Positions 1 to 10,431 of a DNA stretch of 64,000 bases are shown here, piece after piece (the first letter of the stretch is position 1; each line of letters starts with the position of its first letter). Both the position numbers and the translations under genes were made by a program. Under the pieces are notes generated by a model. It ran no database searches, was not told where the DNA came from, and worked only from the letters and a program-made list of their open reading frames with translations. This stretch comes from Monocercomonoides exilis PA203 (lineage: Eukaryota > Protista > Preaxostyla), in contig LSRY02000008.1 in NCBI GenBank assembly GCA_001643675.2, forward strand, positions 1,178,001-1,242,000, in the 5' to 3' direction.

Positions 1-1256
1 TTGATGAGCAGCTGTTCATTCTCATCAGTTTGCGATGCATATGATGGCGGGATTGTTCCTTCTCTGAACAACCCCTTGGCTTCCTTAACAGCCTCAAACA
101 CCTCATTTATTGGGTGTTGTCGAACAAGGAATGTTGTATGTGAAGGAAATGCAGATGGAAAGTTGACTCCAGGGAGACAAAATACAACGGATAATGGAGC
201 AAACTCATTCATTTGGTGCGAATGGAGCGGATCGAAGACGACAGGAGAAAGTGACTCGTGGGCTGATGGAGTGTCAAGCGGAGGGGCAATCTGCATGTAC
301 AATCAGTCATCTGCCACTGTTTCAGTTTCGCATTGTGTGTTTTGTGAGTGCGTTGCGCATTGGTGCGGTGGAGGTATTAATTGCTACAACATTAAATCAG
401 TTGAGATTGTGAATAACACATTTGATTCATGTAATGCGCAAAATCGATATGGAGGGGGGATGTTCATTTATTTGATTTCATCGTGTGTTCGGATCAGCGG
501 ATGTGAATTCCAGAATTGCAAAGCAAATAGCTATGGAGGAGGACTTTATCTAAATGATTTCAAGGTTTCAGTACAAGGATGCATTGAAGCAGAAAGTGGA
601 GGAGGGGAGAGTGCGTGTGTGTTTGACTGCATTTTCACTTCATGCTCGGTCACAAGCACTGACGGAGGGGGCATGCGTTGTGTTAATATTCCTGCCACAC
701 AATTCAAAATGAGGAGCGTCCAATTTATTTCATGCTCAGCAGCGGCGTATGGCGGAGGGTTGGAGCTGTATCCAAATCGAGCAACAGCGCCAAATGATGG
801 ATTTTATTGTTTCTTCTTATTTTTCATGAATGCAAATGCAGAACAACCTCCAATCCATATGGGCATGATGCCTATTTTGTAGATGCATATAATTTGTATT
901 TATCATCAATTAACCCGTTCTATGAATGCTACACGACAAATACAGATGATAAGAGAGTGTGCTATGCGTATAATCCATCAGGGACCTGGATATATGACCA
1001 AACATCAAAAAGGGATTGGCTGAAGGACAAGACGATCTATGTGTCAGCGAATGGAAATGATAATTTTGAGTTGTGTGGGGCAAATACAACATTTCCGTGT
1101 CAGACAGTGAAGAAGGCGTTTGAGATGTGTGAGATACAGATTAGCTTGACAATAACGCTGATGAACGGGAATCACACAAGCGAGGTGACAACAATTGAGA
1201 TTGGGACAAAGAAGATTTCAGTTATTGGAATGGGCAAAGAGAAGAAGAAAATCTGA
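1..1256 (+). pseudogene. Beta-helix family copy 1 (Cys/GGG-repeat putative surface protein), frameshifted, 5' part outside window
   Basis: ORFs 1..882 and 807..1256 together equal the intact mirror copy 9175..10431. The T-run at 820-824 has 5 T where the mirror has 6 A (9607-9612). This could be a homopolymer sequencing error. Confidence 0.75.
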
Positions 1257-1282
1257 TTGGAGGTGGATTTGTGTTGTTCATC

Positions 1283-1339
1283 CTTCTTCATCTTCTTCAT
1301 CTTCTTCATCTTCTTCATCTTCTTCATCTTCTTCATCTT
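1283..1339 (+). repeat. (TCTTCTTCA)n minisatellite, variable in copy number between paralogues
   Basis: About 6 units here, 2 fewer in the mirror (~9110-9148; antisense ORFs 77 vs 71 aa), and shorter again at ~38141-38165 / 55763-55788. Confidence 0.85.
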
Positions 1340-2104
1340 CGCATTTTTTGTTATCTTTGTTTTTTTCTTTTTCTCTTCCTATTTTTTTTATTAACGAGAC
1401 ACATCTTCATCGAATTCTTCGCCTTTGACTTCTTCTTTGCCATATTCTATTTCATTATCATCTAATTCTTCTTCGCTTTTAAAAAGAAATCCATTGATTC
1501 TTTTCGTCATCTTTCTCTTTCTCTTTGCCATCATTAGCCTCTTATTTTTTTTTTTGTTTTGTTTTATTCAGGTTTTCGTTCCCCTTCTTTTTCATCTTCT
1601 TTTTCATCTAATTCAGAGATTTGGGATTTTGGAGTTCTTGGAGAAGAAGGAAATGTGAGGATTGGAAAGAGAAAATGTTTCAGGAGAAAAGGAAAGGAAT
1701 GAGATTGACAATGAGATTGGAATCAAAGGCGAAGAAGATGGATGAGGTGGAAGAAAGAATCAATATTAGAAGAAGAAGAAGAAAGAAAAAGTCAGTGAAG
1801 AGGAGCGAATGAAAAAGGCATGAGTTTTTATTTATCATAATAATAGCATCTTATCTTGTAATTTCTTTTCTTTCTTTTTTTTGTATATATATATTTATTT
1901 AAAAGAGATTAGGATTTTAGAAAAGGAGGGGAAGCGACAGAAGAAAGAGCGAAAAGCTGATGAGATGACAAAAGAGGGAGTCTGAAAAGAATTTGAGAAA
2001 AAGAAGGTATGAATTAGAAAACAGATTGAAAAGGAATGAATGGCGAGGAAATGGAGGAAAAAGGAATTTGAAGAGAGAATGTTTTGAGGAGCATTTGAAG
2101 AAGA

Positions 2105-3994
2105 GTGAGAAAAGGGGAAGAAGATGAAAAGTTTGTTGTGGGGATGGGGAGGGACAATGAGGCAGGGGCATTTGATGTGAGTGGGAGCATTGGGGTGTTG
2201 ACAAACATCACATTGAAAGGGTGGAGAAGAGGGGGAGAGATATACTCGGGAAGGCTGTTTGGAGGGAAGGGATATGGAGGGGAGAAGGGTGGAGGTGAAG
2301 AAAAAGAAGAAGGAGGAAGAGAAAGAGAAAGAGATGGAGATGGAGAAGGCATTGAAGGGAGTATTTCGGTGAGCGAATCACACTTCTCTTCTTTTTGTGT
2401 CTCATCAGCCCCATTCCTCTCATCCCCTTCAATACCCCTTGTATCCCTCTCCAAATTATCATTTTTCAACATCTCAACAGCAAATGATGCATGCTCACCT
2501 CCAACCACTGCGTCAGCCCAAACCTCGTGTTTGATGAGCAGTTGCTCATTCACTTCTGTTTGTGATGCATATGATGGAGGGATTGTCCCTTCCCTCAACA
2601 ATCCCTTGGCTTCCTTATCTGTTTCAAATACATCATTCGTTGGATGTTGCAGGACAAGAAATGTTAAATGTGAAGGAAATGCAGGTCATACGCTGACTCC
2701 AGACAGACAGAACGAAACAGAAAATGGAGCAAATTCATTCACTTGGTGCGAATGGAGTGGATCGAGGACAACAGGAGAAGCTGATTCCACCACAGACGGG
2801 ATATCGAGTGGAGGGGCCATTTTCATGTACAACAAGGGAAATGGAGAACTTTCAGTTTCGAATTGTCTGTTTAATAATTGCTTTGCATACAGCCGTGGAG
2901 GTGGAATTATGTGCTTGACAGTTATGTCTGTGCGTATCGAAAATAATGTGTTCAATGCGTGTACAGCACAAAATCAATATGGAGGAGGAATGTATGCTCA
3001 TACCATTTCATCATGTGCCCGAATCAGCGGTTGTGAATTCCAGAATTGTAAAGCAGTTAATTACGGAGGAGGACTTCTTCTTGAAAATTTTCAGGTTTCA
3101 GAAACAGGATGTATTGAAACAGAAAGTGGAGGAGGGGAGAGTGCATGCGTGTTTGACTGCAGTTTCACTTCATGTTCACTTACAAGCACAGGCGGCGGAG
3201 GCATGTTTTGTAAAACTGTTCCCAATCAATTTAAAATGAGGAGCATTCAGTTTATTTCATGTTCAGCAACTGCATATGGAGGAGGGCTTCATTTGGAGCC
3301 AGCAAAACAAGCTGTTTCGGATGAAACGGTTTATTGTTATTTCCTCTTCTTCCACGGATGCAAATGTTCAGCCAATCCCCCACTTGGCCACGATATGGTA
3401 TATCTGGATTATTACAATGTCTTTTTGAATTCAGACAATCCATTTTATGAATGCTACACCACAAACACAGACGAGAAGAGAGTGTGTTATGGACATGATT
3501 ATTCGAGTTCAACGGGTTGGACATTTCAGCACACAGAAAAGAAGGATTGGCTGAAGAGAGGGATTCTCAATCGATTTGTGGCTGTGAGTGGAGGAAACGC
3601 AGAAGAGTTGTGCGGAGTGAATGAATCATATGCATGCAGAACCATTGGTGTTGCAGTTGAAAAGAGCGTGATTCAAGTGAGTCTGTCAGTCACACTGATG
3701 GGCGGGGATCACACAAGCGAGACAACAACAGTTGAGATTGGGACAAAGAAGATTTCGGTCATTGGGAAAGGGAGGACGGAGAGTTTGATCGGAACAGGAG
3801 CACTTTTATCAACAAGAGAGCTATTCAGCGTGTCAACAGGTCATCTTGGAATGAGCCACTTGAAGGTTGACTGCAACTCAAATTCAAGTCCTTCTTCACA
3901 GAGTGTGGTTGTTGTATCTGATGGGAATGGGTCACTCTCGTCGGAGGAAGTTATTATGTATTTATTATCATTTTTTATTTTTTTTCATGTTTGA
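2105..3994 (+). CDS. Beta-helix family copy 2 (Pmp/pectin-lyase-fold-like, Cys-rich), probably a gene fragment
   Basis: 629-codon ORF with repeated FxxCxA...GGG(A/G) motifs, CDAYDGG, WCEW, SACVFDC, ECYTTNTD and a VAVSGG...CG...ACRTI motif. Starts at GTG just after an in-frame TGA (2096); the C-terminus runs into AT-rich DNA. Confidence 0.7.
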   Translation: MRKGEEDEKFVVGMGRDNEAGAFDVSGSIGVLTNITLKGWRRGGEIYSGRLFGGKGYGGEKGGGEEKEEGGRERERDGDGEGIEGSISVSESHFSSFCVSSAPFLSSPSIPLVSLSKLSFFNISTANDACSPPTTASAQTSCLMSSCSFTSVCDAYDGGIVPSLNNPLASLSVSNTSFVGCCRTRNVKCEGNAGHTLTPDRQNETENGANSFTWCEWSGSRTTGEADSTTDGISSGGAIFMYNKGNGELSVSNCLFNNCFAYSRGGGIMCLTVMSVRIENNVFNACTAQNQYGGGMYAHTISSCARISGCEFQNCKAVNYGGGLLLENFQVSETGCIETESGGGESACVFDCSFTSCSLTSTGGGGMFCKTVPNQFKMRSIQFISCSATAYGGGLHLEPAKQAVSDETVYCYFLFFHGCKCSANPPLGHDMVYLDYYNVFLNSDNPFYECYTTNTDEKRVCYGHDYSSSTGWTFQHTEKKDWLKRGILNRFVAVSGGNAEELCGVNESYACRTIGVAVEKSVIQVSLSVTLMGGDHTSETTTVEIGTKKISVIGKGRTESLIGTGALLSTRELFSVSTGHLGMSHLKVDCNSNSSPSSQSVVVVSDGNGSLSSEEVIMYLLSFFIFFHV

Positions 3995-6453
3995 TAATGA
4001 AAATAAAGCAAAAAATAAATGTGGTGGTTTTTATTAGTCAGGACATTTTTTTAGTAAGCATAGGAAAACAAAAACAAGTTAAAAATGAACAAAACAAATT
4101 GTGACAAGTTTTAATATATTTATTTGAATTCGTATTTAAAAAATAATATGCTCTGATTTTATTTTTGTTTTGTTTCGAATAAAGATCTCGAGAGTTTGTG
4201 TTTGTTTAATTTTCAAATTATTTATTTATTCATTTTTTTTTTTCATATTTCCCCTTTCCGCTTGTCTTTAACAATTTGTCTCAGTAATGCAAGAAATCGT
4301 CTGTTATTGTTATTATTTAAAACATCATTTTTTATTCAATTTGTTTGAACGAAAAGTGTGAAAAGTTCCAATTTCTGATTTATTATTTTCTAAAAAAAAA
4401 AAAAAAAGACTGAATGAATGTTAAATATTGACATTAAAGAAGTTCACTAATTTTATCAAAATTCAATGCAAAAAGAAGTTTTGTGAAAAAATCAATAAAT
4501 GTTTCATTTTGCAAAAGCATGAATATTTTTCGATTTTAATCATGTGGACTTTCTTGGAAGTCACATTGTTCTTATCATTTCATCTGGTCAGTTATTAACA
4601 GGTGCCCTCTTTTCATTTATCCAAACATAAATGTTTTTCAAACCAAACATCATTCTTTTTCAAAAACAAAAATTGTGTTTTGAAATCTGAGTTATATTTT
4701 AGAATTATTGTGTCTGAGATTATTTCATTTTTTTTATTATGATTTTTATTTTTGATCAAAGACTTGTTCGTGGGATAAGAGCACTTGAGTGTTGAAGGTT
4801 ATGATATGGGTGATTGTTTTTGAAATCATAACTTTCATACAGGGGTGTGGCCATTGACATTTCATCCTTTGACATGAACATTGCCACTGAAACCAAGTTG
4901 ATCGAAACATAGAATTTCCGACTTTGGTGAACAATCAAAAGCCAAAAAATGACAATCAACTTCATGTGGATTTCTGCTCACCTTTGTTATCAAACAAACT
5001 CGAACAATCAAAATCAATTTTCACTGAGACTTCCTGAATGAAAAACAATAATTTTGAAAAGGATAAAACATCCAAAGAAGTTCAAATTTTGTTTCAATGA
5101 TCAAAAATTTTGAAGAGAACTCACAAATTATTGATTATGTTTTTTATTCTATTGATTTTTTTTTTTCAATAACAATAGAGCATTCAAAAAAAAATTTTCT
5201 TCATCGTTCATCACTCGTATTTTTGAAGCATGTTGAATTAATATTTATTATATGGTTTAATTTATTTCTGTTGAAATCATAAAATAATTTGAAATCAAAA
5301 AATTATTTCATCAATAATTTGAAAGTTCTCTTCAAAATTTTTGATCATTGAAACAAAATTTGAACTTCTTTGGATGTTTTATCCTTTTCAAAATTATTGT
5401 TTTTCATTCAGGAAGTCTCAGTGAAAATTGATTTTGATTGTTCGAGTTTGTTTGATAACAAAGGTGAGCAGAAATCCACATGAAGTTGATTGTCATTTTT
5501 TGGCTTTTGATTGTTCACCGAAGATGGAAATTCTATGTTTCGATCAACTTGGTTTCAGTGGCAATGTTCATGTCAAAGGATGAAATGTCAATGGCCACAC
5601 CCCTGTATGAAAGTTATGATTTCAAAAACAATCACCCATATCATAACCTTCAACACTCAAGTGCTCTTATCCCACGAACAAGTCTTTGATCAAAAATAAA
5701 AATCATAATAAAAAAAATGAAATAATCTCAGACACAATAATTCTAAAATATAACTCAGATTTCAAAACACAATTTTTGTTTTTGAAAAAGAATGATGTTT
5801 GGTTTGAAAAACATTTATGTTTGGATAAATGAAAAGAGGGCACCTGTTAATAACTGACCAGATGAAATGATAAGAACAATGTGACTTCCAAGAAAGTCCA
5901 CATGATTAAAATCGAAAAATATTCATGCTTTTGCAAAATGAAACATTTATTGATTTTTTCACAAAACTTCTTTTTGCATTGAATTTTGATAAAATTAGTG
6001 AACTTCTTTAATGTCAATATTTAACATTCATTCAGTCTTTTTTTTTTTTCTTTTTTAGAAAATAATAAATCAGAAATTGGAACTTTTCACACTTTTCGTT
6101 CAAACAAATTGAATAAAAAATGATGTTTTAAATAATAACAATAACAGACGATTTCTTGCATTACTGAGACAAATTGTTAAAGACAAGCGGAAAGGGGAAA
6201 TATGAAAAAAAAAAATGAATAAATAAATAATTTGAAAATTAAACAAACACAAACTCTCGAGATCTTTATTCGAAACAAAACAAAAATAAAATCAGAGCAT
6301 ATTATTTTTTAAATACGAATTCAAATAAATATATTAAAACTTGTCACAATTTGTTTTGTTCATTTTTAACTTGTTTTTGTTTTCCTATGCTTACTAAAAA
6401 AATGTCCTGACTAATAAAAACCACCACATTTATTTTTTGCTTTATTTTCATTA

Positions 6454-8343
6454 TCAAACATGAAAAAAAATAAAAAATGATAATAAATACATAATAACTT
6501 CCTCCGACGAGAGTGACCCATTCCCATCAGATACAACAACCACACTCTGTGAAGAAGGACTTGAATTTGAGTTGCAGTCAACCTTCAAGTGGCTCATTCC
6601 AAGATGACCTGTTGACACGCTGAATAGCTCTCTTGTTGATAAAAGTGCTCCTGTTCCGATCAAACTCTCCGTCCTCCCTTTCCCAATGACCGAAATCTTC
6701 TTTGTCCCAATCTCAACTGTTGTTGTCTCGCTTGTGTGATCCCCGCCCATCAGTGTGACTGACAGACTCACTTGAATCACGCTCTTTTCAACTGCAACAC
6801 CAATGGTTCTGCATGCATATGATTCATTCACTCCGCACAACTCTTCTGCGTTTCCTCCACTCACAGCCACAAATCGATTGAGAATCCCTCTCTTCAGCCA
6901 ATCCTTCTTTTCTGTGTGCTGAAATGTCCAACCCGTTGAACTCGAATAATCATGTCCATAACACACTCTCTTCTCGTCTGTGTTTGTGGTGTAGCATTCA
7001 TAAAATGGATTGTCTGAATTCAAAAAGACATTGTAATAATCCAGATATACCATATCGTGGCCAAGTGGGGGATTGGCTGAACATTTGCATCCGTGGAAGA
7101 AGAGGAAATAACAATAAACCGTTTCATCCGAAACAGCTTGTTTTGCTGGCTCCAAATGAAGCCCTCCTCCACATGCAGTTGCTGAACATGAAATAAACTG
7201 AATGCTCCTCATTTTAAATTGATTGGGAACAGTTTTACAAAACATGCCTCCGCCGCCTGTGCTTGTAAGTGAACATGAAGTGAAACTGCAGTCAAACACG
7301 CATGCACTCTCCCCTCCTCCACTTTCTGTTTCAATACATCCTGTTTCTGAAACCTGAAAATTTTCAAGAAGAAGTCCTCCTCCGTAATTAACTGCTTTAC
7401 AATTCTGGAATTCACAACCGCTGATTCGGGCACATGATGAAATGGTATGAGCATACATTCCTCCTCCATATTGATTTTGTGCTGTACACGCATTGAACAC
7501 ATTATTTTCGATACGCACAGACATAACTGTCAAGCACATAATTCCACCTCCACGGCTGTATGCAAAGCAATTATTAAACAGACAATTCGAAACTGAAAGT
7601 TCTCCATTTCCCTTGTTGTACATGAAAATGGCCCCTCCACTCGATATCCCGTCTGTGGTGGAATCAGCTTCTCCTGTTGTCCTCGATCCACTCCATTCGC
7701 ACCAAGTGAATGAATTTGCTCCATTTTCTGTTTCGTTCTGTCTGTCTGGAGTCAGCGTATGACCTGCATTTCCTTCACATTTAACATTTCTTGTCCTGCA
7801 ACATCCAACGAATGATGTATTTGAAACAGATAAGGAAGCCAAGGGATTGTTGAGGGAAGGGACAATCCCTCCATCATATGCATCACAAACAGAAGTGAAT
7901 GAGCAACTGCTCATCAAACACGAGGTTTGGGCTGACGCAGTGGTTGGAGGTGAGCATGCATCATTTGCTGTTGAGATGTTGAAAAATGATAATTTGGAGA
8001 GGGATACAAGGGGTATTGAAGGGGATGAGAGGAATGGGGCTGATGAGACACAAAAAGAAGAGAAGTGTGATTCGCTCACCGAAATACTCCCTTCAATGCC
8101 TTCTCCATCTCCATCTCTTTCTCTTTCTCTTCCTCCTTCTTCTTTTTCTTCACCTCCACCCTTCTCCCCTCCATATCCCTTCCCTCCAAACAGCCTTCCC
8201 GAGTATATCTCTCCCCCTCTTCTCCACCCTTTCAATGTGATGTTTGTCAACACCCCAATGCTCCCACTCACATCAAATGCCCCTGCCTCATTGTCCCTCC
8301 CCATCCCCACAACAAACTTTTCATCTTCTTCCCCTTTTCTCAC
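6454..8343 (-). CDS. Beta-helix family copy 3 (mirror of copy 2)
   Basis: Protein identical to 2105..3994 except Y->C in SATA[Y/C]GGG (position 3276 vs 7172). Confidence 0.7.
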   Translation of the reverse strand: MRKGEEDEKFVVGMGRDNEAGAFDVSGSIGVLTNITLKGWRRGGEIYSGRLFGGKGYGGEKGGGEEKEEGGRERERDGDGEGIEGSISVSESHFSSFCVSSAPFLSSPSIPLVSLSKLSFFNISTANDACSPPTTASAQTSCLMSSCSFTSVCDAYDGGIVPSLNNPLASLSVSNTSFVGCCRTRNVKCEGNAGHTLTPDRQNETENGANSFTWCEWSGSRTTGEADSTTDGISSGGAIFMYNKGNGELSVSNCLFNNCFAYSRGGGIMCLTVMSVRIENNVFNACTAQNQYGGGMYAHTISSCARISGCEFQNCKAVNYGGGLLLENFQVSETGCIETESGGGESACVFDCSFTSCSLTSTGGGGMFCKTVPNQFKMRSIQFISCSATACGGGLHLEPAKQAVSDETVYCYFLFFHGCKCSANPPLGHDMVYLDYYNVFLNSDNPFYECYTTNTDEKRVCYGHDYSSSTGWTFQHTEKKDWLKRGILNRFVAVSGGNAEELCGVNESYACRTIGVAVEKSVIQVSLSVTLMGGDHTSETTTVEIGTKKISVIGKGRTESLIGTGALLSTRELFSVSTGHLGMSHLKVDCNSNSSPSSQSVVVVSDGNGSLSSEEVIMYLLSFFIFFHV

Positions 8344-9174
8344 TCTTCTTCAAATGCTCCTCAAAACATTCTCTCTTCAAATTCCTTTTTCCTCCATTTC
8401 CTCGCCATTCATTCCTTTTCAATCTGTTTTCTAATTCATACCTTCTTTTTCTCAAATTCTTTTCAGACTCCCTCTTTTGTCATCTCATCAGCTTTTCGCT
8501 CTTTCTTCTGTCGCTTCCCCTCCTTTTCTAAAAATCCTAATCTCTTTTAAATAAATATATATATACAAAAAAAAGAAAGAAAAGAAATTACAAGATAAGA
8601 TGCTATTATTATGATAAATAAAAACTCATGCCTTTTTCATTCGCTCCTCTTCACTGACTTTTTCTTTCTTCTTCTTCTTCTAATATTGATTCTTTCTTCC
8701 ACCTCATCCATCTTCTTCGCCTTTGATTCCAATCTCATTGTCAATCTCATTCCTTTCCTTTTCTCCTGAAACATTTTCTCTTTCCAATCCTCACATTTCC
8801 TTCTTCTCCAAGAACTCCAAAATCCCAAATCTCTGAATTAGATGAAAAAGAAGATGAAAAAGAAGGGGAACGAAAACCTGAATAAAACAAAACAAAAAAA
8901 AAAATAAAAGGCTAATGATGGCAAAGAGAAAGAGAAAGATGACGAAAAGAATCAATGGATTTCTTTTTAAAAGCGAAGAAGAATTAGATGATAATGAAAT
9001 AGAATATGGCAAAGAAGAAGTCAAAGGCGAAGAATTCGATGAAGATGTGTCTCGTTAATAAAAAAAATAGGAAGAGAAAAAGAAAAAAACAAAGATAACA
9101 AAAAATGCGAAGATGAAGAAGATGAAGAAGATGAAGAAGATGAAGAAGGATGAACAACACAAATCCACCTCCAA

Positions 9175-10431
9175 TCAGATTTTCTTCTTCTCTTTGCCCA
9201 TTCCAATAACTGAAATCTTCTTTGTCCCAATCTCAATTGTTGTCACCTCGCTTGTGTGATTCCCGTTCATCAGCGTTATTGTCAAGCTAATCTGTATCTC
9301 ACACATCTCAAACGCCTTCTTCACTGTCTGACACGGAAATGTTGTATTTGCCCCACACAACTCAAAATTATCATTTCCATTCGCTGACACATAGATCGTC
9401 TTGTCCTTCAGCCAATCCCTTTTTGATGTTTGGTCATATATCCAGGTCCCTGATGGATTATACGCATAGCACACTCTCTTATCATCTGTATTTGTCGTGT
9501 AGCATTCATAGAACGGGTTAATTGATGATAAATACAAATTATATGCATCTACAAAATAGGCATCATGCCCATATGGATTGGAGGTTGTTCTGCATTTGCA
9601 TTCATGAAAAAATAAGAAGAAACAATAAAATCCATCATTTGGCGCTGTTGCTCGATTTGGATACAGCTCCAACCCTCCGCCATACGCCGCTGCTGAGCAT
9701 GAAATAAATTGGACGCTCCTCATTTTGAATTGTGTGGCAGGAATATTAACACAACGCATGCCCCCTCCGTCAGTGCTTGTGACCGAGCATGAAGTGAAAA
9801 TGCAGTCAAACACACACGCACTCTCCCCTCCTCCACTTTCTGCTTCAATGCATCCTTGTACTGAAACCTTGAAATCATTTAGATAAAGTCCTCCTCCATA
9901 GCTATTTGCTTTGCAATTCTGGAATTCACATCCGCTGATCCGAACACACGATGAAATCAAATAAATGAACATCCCCCCTCCATATCGATTTTGCGCATTA
10001 CATGAATCAAATGTGTTATTCACAATCTCAACTGATTTAATGTTGTAGCAATTAATACCTCCACCGCACCAATGCGCAACGCACTCACAAAACACACAAT
10101 GCGAAACTGAAACAGTGGCAGATGACTGATTGTACATGCAGATTGCCCCTCCGCTTGACACTCCATCAGCCCACGAGTCACTTTCTCCTGTCGTCTTCGA
10201 TCCGCTCCATTCGCACCAAATGAATGAGTTTGCTCCATTATCCGTTGTATTTTGTCTCCCTGGAGTCAACTTTCCATCTGCATTTCCTTCACATACAACA
10301 TTCCTTGTTCGACAACACCCAATAAATGAGGTGTTTGAGGCTGTTAAGGAAGCCAAGGGGTTGTTCAGAGAAGGAACAATCCCGCCATCATATGCATCGC
10401 AAACTGATGAGAATGAACAGCTGCTCATCAA
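9175..10431 (-). CDS. Beta-helix family copy 4 (intact mirror of copy 1)
   Basis: 418-codon ORF with family motifs and IYVSANGNDNFELCG...PCQTV; ends KKISVIGMGKEKKKI*. Confidence 0.7.
   Translation of the reverse strand: MMSSCSFSSVCDAYDGGIVPSLNNPLASLTASNTSFIGCCRTRNVVCEGNADGKLTPGRQNTTDNGANSFIWCEWSGSKTTGESDSWADGVSSGGAICMYNQSSATVSVSHCVFCECVAHWCGGGINCYNIKSVEIVNNTFDSCNAQNRYGGGMFIYLISSCVRISGCEFQNCKANSYGGGLYLNDFKVSVQGCIEAESGGGESACVFDCIFTSCSVTSTDGGGMRCVNIPATQFKMRSVQFISCSAAAYGGGLELYPNRATAPNDGFYCFFLFFHECKCRTTSNPYGHDAYFVDAYNLYLSSINPFYECYTTNTDDKRVCYAYNPSGTWIYDQTSKRDWLKDKTIYVSANGNDNFELCGANTTFPCQTVKKAFEMCEIQISLTITLMNGNHTSEVTTIEIGTKKISVIGMGKEKKKI

Larger units (their letters stand above)
1..10431. repeat. 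Palindrome P1: arms 1-5135 and 5310-10431 (left arm probably extends beyond the window), 174-bp spacer 5136-5309
   Basis: Mirrored ORF pairs (2105..3994 / 6454..8343, 4756..4965 / 5480..5689). Base-level reverse complementarity holds up to aaattattgat / atcaataattt. Confidence 0.95.

Noticed and set aside
4746-5699. Small mirrored ORFs in the palindrome cores (MKLIVIFWLL..., also 46430..46672) as small secreted peptides
   Set aside because: Short, AT-rich and unsupported. The DFKNNHP similarity with 34468..34653 is just the 26-bp DNA motif translated.
3953-6495. P1/P2 core as an inserted foldback transposon
   Set aside because: Symmetry extends into the flanking gene tails, and no TSD or transposase is visible. 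Inverted duplication plus recombination fits better.
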